47,996 bases of DNA from Malassezia furfur (lineage: Eukaryota), in assembly GCA_052055015.1 (NCBI GenBank), contig JBQJIT010000033.1; one strand, 5' to 3'. Of the stretch, positions 31,298-39,756 are shown piece by piece. The translations under genes and the position numbers were made by a program. Under the pieces are notes generated by a model. The model saw nothing but the letters and a program-made list of their open reading frames with translations, searched no databases and had not been told where the DNA came from. Each line of letters opens with the position of its first letter. Position 1 is the first letter of the stretch.

Positions 31298-32813
31298 ATG
31301 AAAGTAGTCGCGGCGGTGGTCAACCGCGGGTTCCGCCGTGTGGAACGCGCGGCCGAGGGCGTAATCGGTCGTGCCGGCCCTCTGTTTGTTGCCATTTACC
31401 TGGGCCTGGTTGGCACAGGCGTTTGGTTGTTCTGTACGTGGCACGTCTGACACAGTCGCGTGTGTTTTTCCGACACTCGTCTCACTTCCTGCGCCACTGC
31501 GGCGCCTGTTTTCGATTGGAAACCCGGGACATATTCTGCTCGGCCTACCTATGGCAGTACATGACAGCTGCAGGCAGGAACCGCGTGCGATGTTCCGTTG
31601 TGTTTGGCTCACTGTGGGCTGTTTCTACCTGGCAACCATGATGGGCTGGTCGTACTACATGGCTTGCACTGAGCCGCCTGGGTCGCCATCGCACGGCATG
31701 TCGGAGAAGCTCCACGAGCGCCGCATAGGGCCTGGGAGTGCTATGTGGTGGCAACAAAAGTGCGAAAGCATCACCCGTGCGACATTTGGACTGCCCTGCA
31801 GAGATGAGGATGAGCGACACGCAAACGACTCGATCCCCTATGCACACTCGACGTGCCATCGTCTGACTCCGCGCAAGGCTGTGCCGGGGCCCAAGAATAC
31901 CTACCAGCCCAACGCCGACCTCTCCACTTCCTACCGCTACTGCAAAAAATGCCCGCGGGTGCCGCTCGCAGAGGCCATTGCGCGGCTCCCGCCGGAGCTG
32001 CGCAAGGTGGAGAAGTGGAACCGTCGTGACCATCTACTCCGCGTAAAGCAAAAAGCAGCCGAGGATGGCGCTGCTTCGGCGCAGGATGTCGCAGAGCTAT
32101 CCTCCAGCCTGCCTCCCGAGCTGTTTATCGACAATGACGAAGAGAGTCTGAGCGATATTTCCCAATGGCTTGGTGAGGATGCACAAAAGATTGTTCTCCC
32201 GCCCAAACCTGAGCGTGCACATCACTGCAAGACGTGCAGGATGTGTGTGTTCAAGTTCGACCACCACTGCCCCTGGATCAACCAGTGCGTCGGGCTGGGC
32301 AACGAGCGCTACTTTGTCTTGTTCATGCTCTGGTTCTCGCTAGGCACGTGCGTATTTGGCGTGACAGCCTGGGAAATTGTGAACGAGGCACTGTGGCACT
32401 ACAAGTGGCCCTACCGCTATGCACCACGCGTCCTGTTCATTGCGATGTATGCCAAGGCAGTCGTGATGGGTGGGGCCGTATTTATACTGGCACTGTGGCA
32501 CCTCTACCTCGTCTCGAAAGGCGAGACGAGTGTCGAGAGCCAGGACAATGCACACTATCGGAAAATGGCCAAGGAGCGGAACGACCGCTTCGTGAACGTG
32601 TACGATATGGGCCGCCTACGGAACCTCCAAATCTTTTTTAATGTCGGACGCGGCCTGAAATATGGCTATTATACCCTCCTTCTTCCATGCCGAATCGAGC
32701 CCTACTCGGACGGCTGGCGTTATGCCAAGAGCCCGGGCCTACTTGGACGCCACATGGGCATCAAGCAAGAGGAAGAGTTTACCGACGACGACGGCGAGCC
32801 ATTGGAAGGATAA
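31298..32813 (+). CDS. DHHC palmitoyltransferase
   Basis: [53 protein letters not shown]. 22-nt intron 31434-31455. Confidence 0.93.
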
Positions 32814-32836
32814 ATCGTTCTTCACATCTATGAGAT

Positions 32837-32856
32837 GCCAAGCTTATGTATAGTGC
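32837..32856. terminator. Putative 3'-end processing element GCCAAGCTTATGTATAGTGC
   Basis: Lies between convergent genes, contains a TATGTA efficiency-like element, and has an identical copy at 35701-35720 within otherwise decayed DNA. Confidence 0.5.
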
Positions 32857-32948
32857 TTAGTGACCAATAGAAGGATGGTCCGATGGAGACGAAACATGTG
32901 TGCTGGATCGCGCGCCAGGCTGTGTTCCAACGCAAGGTTGTACTCATA

Positions 32949-34541
32949 TTAAGATTTTTTTGTCGGACGACTTGTCGTCACGAATGTGAATGCCTTTCTC
33001 GTAGTCGTACGCATCAGAGTCCTTAATGTATTCGCTGGGATCCCGAACACGGTGTGATGCTTCGATGTCCTGGCCCTCGATCCGCGCAAGCACTTCTTCT
33101 GCTTTTGTCTCCTCTGGTCGTCGATCTTAAGTTCATCACCTCGATGTTCAAGGCCAAATATTATCAGGACGGTGAGGTACCCCACCACACATGCCAGTAA
33201 GATGGCACTGACGGTAGCATAGTCAGCAATTGTCTCGCCAGGGTGTTTGGGATCTGCCATACGAATACTTTCGCCCCCACGTGTCTCAATCGTCGACGAC
33301 GCAGAGCTGGCCATGTTACCCAGCTGATACGTAAAACCAGAAAACGTTGCACGGAAAGCCGCAGGCGAAATCTCGCTCAGGTACACTGGAATCACGCCCC
33401 AGGCGCCTTGGACGCCAAATTGGACAAGGAAACCACCTGCAGCCAGCCCACCAAACGAGTTCGGTACAATCCAAACAGGGATCATGCATCCAGCAAAAAT
33501 AATAAACGTGAGCATAGCGAGACGGCGGCCAATATATTGAGAGAGGTATCCGGCAACCATACCACCAGTGATAGCACCACAGTTTGCAATAATTGTCGCG
33601 ATCGACGACTGGTTAGACGTAAGCAGCTTGGCTTTCTGCAGCATCGTTGGGTACAAGTCTTGCGACGAGTGGCTGAGGAAGTTGAAGAACGTCATCAGAA
33701 AGATGGAATAAATGAACATCTTCCAATGCTCTTGAAGCATGCCCCCCGTGTCCTTGAAAAACTGCTTAGCGGGATTTTTATTCACTGACTGCAATTTTCG
33801 CAAGCGCTGTTGTTCAATAAACTTGGGGCTCTCCGGAAGTACCGCACGCAGGATACAAGCAGCAAACGACAGGCCTGCACCAAGGTAGAAAAGCACCTCC
33901 CACTCGCCTTCGCCATTCCGAGCCTGGTTGGCCCAGCCCAAGTTGACCGCTGCCGCAATCAGATATCCAATGACACATCCTTGCTGGAGGATACCTGAAA
34001 AGAGACCTAGTGCGGCTGTCGGCATGTTCTCCAAAGCAGTTGCAGTCGACATACCCCAGATACCACCCATGGCAATGCCAAAGATAGATCGGACGGCGAG
34101 GAATTTGCTGTAAGTATTGGCATAAGCGGTTCCCAACGAAAGAACTGCCACGAATAGCATGTCAGCAGTAAGGACCCAGCGTCGACCGAGACGATCCGCA
34201 ACCAATCCAAAAACAACGGCACCAAGCGAGCGGAAAAGAAGAGTAAGCATGATTGAGTAATTCAAATCCTTGATTTTTGCGTCTTTCTCTGCTTGCGTTT
34301 GGGGGTCGAAAAAATAAACAACGAGTTTGGGAACACTCATAGTTACAGCAAAAAAGTCGTATGAATCCATAGTCCAGCAAAGTAGACCACACAGGAACCA
34401 TACCCACTGCATGAGATTGAGCATGGCAAAAATCTTGATCGGGTTCAAGGGAGCACCCGCACGAAGATGCTCGCGTTCTTTCTTGTCTGGCAATCGGAAT
34501 AGACCATGAGTGGGATCCTGCGTAAAGAAATTGGACAGCAT
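32949..34541 (-). CDS. JEN1: Jen1-family carboxylate:H+ symporter, copy A (frameshifted C-tail)
   Basis: DSYDFF, ADRLGRRW and the TM7 motif NFLSHSSQDLYPT; its ATG aligns with that of copy B. Confidence 0.88.
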   Translation of the reverse strand: MLSNFFTQDPTHGLFRLPDKKEREHLRAGAPLNPIKIFAMLNLMQWVWFLCGLLCWTMDSYDFFAVTMSVPKLVVYFFDPQTQAEKDAKIKDLNYSIMLTLLFRSLGAVVFGLVADRLGRRWVLTADMLFVAVLSLGTAYANTYSKFLAVRSIFGIAMGGIWGMSTATALENMPTAALGLFSGILQQGCVIGYLIAAAVNLGWANQARNGEGEWEVLFYLGAGLSFAACILRAVLPESPKFIEQQRLRKLQSVNKNPAKQFFKDTGGMLQEHWKMFIYSIFLMTFFNFLSHSSQDLYPTMLQKAKLLTSNQSSIATIIANCGAITGGMVAGYLSQYIGRRLAMLTFIIFAGCMIPVWIVPNSFGGLAAGGFLVQFGVQGAWGVIPVYLSEISPAAFRATFSGFTYQLGNMASSASSTIETRGGESIRMADPKHPGETIADYATVSAILLACVVGYLTVLIIFGLEHRGDELKIDDQRRQKQKKCLRGSRARTSKHHTVFGIPANTLRTLMRTTTRKAFTFVTTSRPTKKS

Positions 34542-34684
34542 CCTCTTGCGAATGCCAAACGGAGGAATGCCACTAAGGGAATGACATACGTGAGGAGCCA
34601 ACCCCCTTTTAAAGTTCCTTAGTTGACTCAGCCAGAGCCGATGCTAGCTTAATGGGGTCCCTGATTGATGCCACTTCACAGAGC

Positions 34685-34697
34685 CCCCGCAATAAAA
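34685..34697 (-). promoter_or_regulatory. Mig1/CreA-like site (TTTTATTGCGGGG) upstream of JEN1 copy A
   Basis: AT-box + SYGGGG consensus; the GC box is conserved in the copy B promoter (~37558-37565). Confidence 0.5.
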
Positions 34698-35241
34698 CCC
34701 CGCAGGCATGGCACATCCATGCAAGACCTGATGCACAGAGTGCGGGATTTGTTTTGCAGAATCGTCCACTGTACTCAACATTTTAGCTATATTCAATGAA
34801 GACAGTTTCTACGAGAAATATTTGGGGGTAGATCTCAATTTCAGATGTCCAAAAGTTCAAATAAAACTTTTCAAGAATGTAATCATCTAGTGCGTGGTTT
34901 TCGTTACAATAGCAACAAATTTACGATGTTTCGCAAATTCTGTGCGCAGATCCCCACAAAGTTGTTCTTTGCATAAACTTGAGAAATTATTATAGACACT
35001 ATGCGATCAGGCACTGTCTCAATACTGTCGCATCGCAACTCCACATGCTTGCGGATGACATACGAAACGTGATGCGTAAAGTGTGGAGTTATTGCCAACA
35101 ATGTGTCGCACGAGGCTTTATAATTAAAACCAATTAAATCAAGCCTTGACATTGTGCTCTAAATCGAAATAAATTTCGCTCGTATCCGATCGTCTTGGTG
35201 AGGGGTTTTCATTACGTCCTAAATGCGATAGCATAATACAC

Positions 35242-35673
35242 TGTGAACGAGGCGCTATGAAATTACAAAGGCCTTCCGTTATGCTTCATGAGTTCTATTC
35301 ACTACGCGCAATATTAATGCAACCGTAATGAATATGGTCATATAGTTACCAACATTATGCGCATCTACTTCGTCGCGAATTGCAAGCAAACTTCGAGAGC
35401 CAGAATAGTGCTCGTTATCGAAAAACAGTCTTAGAATACAACGACCGCTTCCTTCCCGTGTATGATATGGGCCGCCTACGTAACAGCCAAATCGTTTTCT
35501 ATAATGTCGAACGCGCCCTGAAATATGACTATTGGACCTTCTTTCGGCGCCGGATTGAACCCCATTCTGACGACTGGCGCTACGCTAAGGGCACAGGCCA
35601 ACTTTGTTGCCACATGGGCATCAAAGCAAGAGGGGGAAAAGTTTACCGACAACAACGACAAGCCACAGGATAA
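35242..35673 (+). pseudogene. Decayed duplicate of the 3' end of the DHHC palmitoyltransferase
   Basis: [43 protein letters not shown] matches 32378-32813, with stops and indels, no DHHC domain and no start codon. Confidence 0.9.
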
Positions 35674-35815
35674 ATAGAATTGTTTCTCACATTACGAGAC
35701 GCCAAGCTTATGTATAGTGCGTAATGGCCCATACAAAGATGGTCTGATGAAGAAGAAACAGGTATGTTAGATTGCGTGACAGGGTATAGTCCAGAATGGG
35801 ATCAGATCATATCTT

Positions 35816-37417
35816 TCACATGGGGTTTTTCTTGTCGTCTGACTTGTCATCACTCAGATGGATGCCTTTTTCATACTCGTACGCGTCGGGATCCTTGATG
35901 TAAGCGTCGGAGTCCCGCACCTGGTGTGCCGCTTCAATGTCCTGGCCCTCGACACGAGCCAGAACCTCCTCGGCATTCGTGCCTTCGACGTGATCGTCAA
36001 TCTTGAGCTCATCACCACGGCGCTCCACGCCAAATACAATCAGAACGGTGAGGTACCCCACAACACACGCAAGCAAGATAGCACTGACGGTAGCATAGTC
36101 AGCAATCGTCTCGCCTGGGTGCTTGGGGTCTGCCATGCGGATGTTTTCACCCCCGCGCGTCTCAATCGTCGATGACGCAGAGCTGGCCATGTTACCCAGC
36201 TGGTACGCAAGACCAGGGAATGTGGCACGGAAAGCCGCAGGCGAAATCTCGCTCAGGTACACTGGAATCACGCCCCAGGCACCTTGCACACCGACCTGGA
36301 TAAAGAAGCCGCCCGCGGCGAGGCCACCGAACGAGTTGGGCAGAATCCAGGCGGGGATCATGCACCCAGCAAAAATAATAAACGTGAGCATAGCGAGACG
36401 GCGGCCAATATATTGAGAGAGGTATCCGGCAACCATACCACCAGTGATAGCACCACAGTTTGCAATAATTGTCGCGATCGACGACTGGTTAGACGTAAGC
36501 AGCTTGGCTTTCTGCAGCATCGTTGGGTACAAGTCTTGCGACGAATGGCTGAGGAAGTTGAAGCCCGTCATCAGAAGGATGGCATAGATGCACATCTTCC
36601 AGTGCTCCTGAAGCATGCCACCGGTGTCCTTGAAAAACTGCCTGACAGGATTCTTCGTCGCCGGCTGCAGCTTCCGCAGGCGCTTTTGCTCAATAAACTT
36701 GGGGCTCTCGGGAAGTACTGCACGAACAATACCGGCAGCAAGCGAGAGGCCTGCACCAAGGTAGAAAAGCACCTCCCACTCGCCTTCGCCATTCCGAGCC
36801 TGGTTAGCCCAGCCCAAATTCACCGCTGCCGCAATCAGGTATCCCATGGCATAACCTTGCTGGAGGATACCCGAAAAGAGACCACGCGCAGCCGTCGGCA
36901 TATTCTCCAGAGCAGTGGCCGTAGACATACCCCAGATACCGCCCATTCCAATACCGAAAATGGAACGAACGGCAAGGAACTTGCCATAGGTGTCTGCATA
37001 GGCAGTACCTAGGGAAAGGGCCGCCACAATTAGCATGTTGATGGAGAGCACCCAGCGACGACCAAAACGGTCGGCAATCAGTCCGAAAAGAACGGCGCCG
37101 AGCGAGCGGAAGAGAAGGGTAAGCATGATCGAGTAATTGACTTGCTTCGTCTTCGCATCCTTCTCCGCCTCCGTTTGTGGATCAAAAAAGAACACCACTA
37201 GCTTGGAAACGCTCATCGACACCGCGAAAAAGTCGTACGAGTCCATGATCCAGCAGAACAGACCGCACAAAAACCACGCCCACTGAATACCATTGAGCAT
37301 GGCAAAAATTTTAAGCGGGTTCATAGGAGCACCCGCCCGCAGGCGTTGACGCTCCTGCTTGTCTGGCACTTGAAAGAGACCATGGGTGGGGTCGTTTGCA
37401 AAAAGCTTAGACACCAT
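35816..37417 (-). CDS. JEN1: Jen1-family carboxylate:H+ symporter, copy B (intact)
   Basis: ADRFGRRW, ARGLFSGILQQGY, NFLSHSSQDLYPT, FRATFPGLAYQLGN and an acidic tail. Confidence 0.92.
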   Translation of the reverse strand: MVSKLFANDPTHGLFQVPDKQERQRLRAGAPMNPLKIFAMLNGIQWAWFLCGLFCWIMDSYDFFAVSMSVSKLVVFFFDPQTEAEKDAKTKQVNYSIMLTLLFRSLGAVLFGLIADRFGRRWVLSINMLIVAALSLGTAYADTYGKFLAVRSIFGIGMGGIWGMSTATALENMPTAARGLFSGILQQGYAMGYLIAAAVNLGWANQARNGEGEWEVLFYLGAGLSLAAGIVRAVLPESPKFIEQKRLRKLQPATKNPVRQFFKDTGGMLQEHWKMCIYAILLMTGFNFLSHSSQDLYPTMLQKAKLLTSNQSSIATIIANCGAITGGMVAGYLSQYIGRRLAMLTFIIFAGCMIPAWILPNSFGGLAAGGFFIQVGVQGAWGVIPVYLSEISPAAFRATFPGLAYQLGNMASSASSTIETRGGENIRMADPKHPGETIADYATVSAILLACVVGYLTVLIVFGVERRGDELKIDDHVEGTNAEEVLARVEGQDIEAAHQVRDSDAYIKDPDAYEYEKGIHLSDDKSDDKKNPM

Positions 37418-38200
37418 CCTACAGTGGGAACCAGGCAGAAGTGTGGTGTGTGGGAGGGACAAACACGCGGGCTTGTCGGTTTTTAAGTTCTCTTCACGTC
37501 TTCGGCCATAGCCGATACTAGTCCAATGGGGAGCCTCCTGGCGCTAAAATCACAGCACCCCCCGCACTGAATTGCCGCAGGCATGCCAAATCCATGCGCT
37601 GCCTGATCCAGAGAGTGTGGGGTTTTTTTCTAGCTGGCTCGTATGTGTCACTCAACTTTTAAAATACAGCGAATCACAATTGGTTACGAGTGAAAAAATG
37701 GAAAAAATGCTCAGCTTTGGACGTGCGAAGTCGAAATAATTTTAGTCAATATGTGATCGGCTCGGTGAGGGGTTTCAACTGGGCCCCACAGTGGGGGAGA
37801 TATTCAAGACGTTGGGTGGGCTTATCATGGCCAGGTGACACCTTGCTCACAATTCCATTGGTCTGATCCGACAGGGTTACGAGGAACGGGAGAGTAGATA
37901 CGCCATCCTCGTATACGCGTGCCTGTTAAGGCCTACAGGAGAGAACGAACGTGTTCACCTAGGGCCTTCCAATTTTGATAATCGGCGTCTGCCATGCAGC
38001 CATTTTGCGTAACACCGTAGTCTTGGGATCTCTGAACCAGTTAGATCTGCGCCCTTTCCTATCTGCTTGGAAATCCCTGGTGGCTTCAGATAGATCTGGA
38101 ACTACGTGCTGTAGGATCACATTCGATCTCTTTCGATGGCGTATAGCCGCAGCCGCCCGTTGACCGCCTCCACTGCAACCTCCACACGGCGTCCGCCCTC

Positions 38201-38867
38201 ATGTCCTCAACACGGCCGTCATGGGATTACATTTTAAAGTTTATCATCATTGGTGATGCGTCCGTCGGCAAGTCATCGCTCCTGGTCCGTTTGACCGAGG
38301 ATCGGTTCTTGGTAGATTCTGATGCGACGATTGGGATCGAGTTTGGCTCGCATATCATTTCACTCGAGTCCGGTGAGCGGTTAAAACTTCAGGTGTGGGA
38401 CACGGCGGGAAGCGAGCAGTTCCGCAGCGTATGTATCCGTACACGCTTACACAGATTACACGCTCGTATTACAAAGGTGCAGCTGGGTGCCTGCTGGTGT
38501 ATGACGTGACCGCGCGCGACACCTTTGCTCATCTGCCCTCCTGGCTACACGATGTGCGCGAACAGGCCGAAGAAAACGCAACCATTGCACTTGTGGGCAA
38601 CATGGCCGATCGCCCAACAGATCAGCGCGCTGTATCCAAGGAGGAGGCCGAGACGTTTGCGGCAGAGAACAAGTATGTGACGTCCATTCATGCAGCCTCT
38701 TGTTTTTCGAGACAAGCGCCAAGACGGGTGAGAATGTCGTCGAAGTGTTCACGGCCGTGGCAAGTGCAATCCTCGCGCGCTACAAAGCCAACCCGCCCGA
38801 GGAGCAACCATCTTCCACAACAGTAGACCCGCGTGCGCGTCCTGCACAGGGCGGATGTTGCTCGTGA
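38201..38867 (+). CDS. Rab GTPase (Rab2-like) with atypical switch II
   Basis: GDASVGKS, TIGIEFG, WDTAGSE, ITRSYYKGAAG, GNMAD, ETSAK and C-terminal GGCCS. Introns 38429-38454 and 38673-38695. Confidence 0.9.
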
Positions 38868-38904
38868 TCTATGTGTACAGTAGGTAGACACTACCTTTTT
38901 CGGC

Positions 38905-39663
38905 TCACGCGGCAGCGGCTGCCGGCGCCTGTGACTCTGACGGTGCTGGCGCCACACGCCAGTCGCCACCGCTTGCGCCCTGCCGCCAGTCACGCGGCGC
39001 CGGAGGCGGCAGCGGCAAGTGTTGCCGTGCAGCTTCGGCCTCCTGCATCGCGAGGCGCTCCTTCCAGCCAAGACGCAAGAAGGCCTCGCGTGCAAATTGT
39101 TCGCGCCGGCGCTCACGGCTCTCGACCTGGAGCTCGTGGTGCAGCTCGCGCGCCAGTTCTGGGGATGGGTGGCGCAGGTGCATAAAGTTGCACAACCCGC
39201 CGCGGTTGCACTCGTTCGTCTCGTTCTGCCGGCAGCACGCCTCACGGAAGTCGGTGACGGGTGAGAGCTCTGCAAAGAGCGGCTTGCCGTTGAACCAGCG
39301 CATGTTGAGTTCGTCAACGGCATGCTGAGCATCGTCTTCGGTCTTGAAGCGTGCATAGACATTACCGATAAGGTGGTCGCCGACGTTGTCGCAGACGTGC
39401 ATCTCGACAAGGTCGCCGAGTTTCCCGAGCTCGACAAACATGTCCTGGTAGAAGTCGTCGAACTGTGCCTGGAGTTCGGCGTCGGTGAGGGTACAGTTCG
39501 GGTTCAGGTGACGTGGGTTCTGGTACACGTTCGAGAGGAGGATCGTGCGTGAGGATGTCGGTTCAACGTGCCGCCGCGAGCACCGCTCGCCATGCCGGCA
39601 CGCGCCGATCTTGAAATAGAACGAGCAGTTGACTTTGTCCTGCTCCGAACCAAAGTTGCTCAT
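38905..39663 (-). CDS. U2AF1: U2 auxiliary factor small subunit (U2AF35/U2AF23)
   Basis: DKVNCSFYFKIGACRHGERCSR, UHM (VCDNVGDHLIGNVY) and ELSPVTDFREACCRQ..CNRGGLCNFMH. Confidence 0.95.
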   Translation of the reverse strand: MSNFGSEQDKVNCSFYFKIGACRHGERCSRRHVEPTSSRTILLSNVYQNPRHLNPNCTLTDAELQAQFDDFYQDMFVELGKLGDLVEMHVCDNVGDHLIGNVYARFKTEDDAQHAVDELNMRWFNGKPLFAELSPVTDFREACCRQNETNECNRGGLCNFMHLRHPSPELARELHHELQVESRERRREQFAREAFLRLGWKERLAMQEAEAARQHLPLPPPAPRDWRQGASGGDWRVAPAPSESQAPAAAAA

Positions 39664-39756
39664 CGTGGTGGCGCGCCAAGCGCCGACGCCGGCGGCCCTC
39701 CACATAAAACCACGTGGCACCCGCGCCGGCGACGCGACACGGTGCGGACGACGGCG

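Larger units (their letters stand above)
32378..37776. repeat. ~2.87-kb tandem segmental duplication (DHHC 3' end + JEN1 + promoter)
   Basis: Unit 1 (~32378-35241) aligns to unit 2 (~35242-37776) at an offset of 2864-2876 through the DHHC end and JEN1 CDS; promoter blocks are shared. Confidence 0.9.

Noticed and set aside
34904..35152. 82-aa ORF in the AT-rich spacer
   Set aside because: No motif or coding bias; lies in the JEN1 promoter region
32949..37417. Bacterial horizontal origin of the low-GC, intronless JEN1 genes
   Set aside because: The N-terminal NPxKIFAMLNxxQW and other motifs look like fungal Jen1; low GC extends to the flanks and the native DHHC remnant
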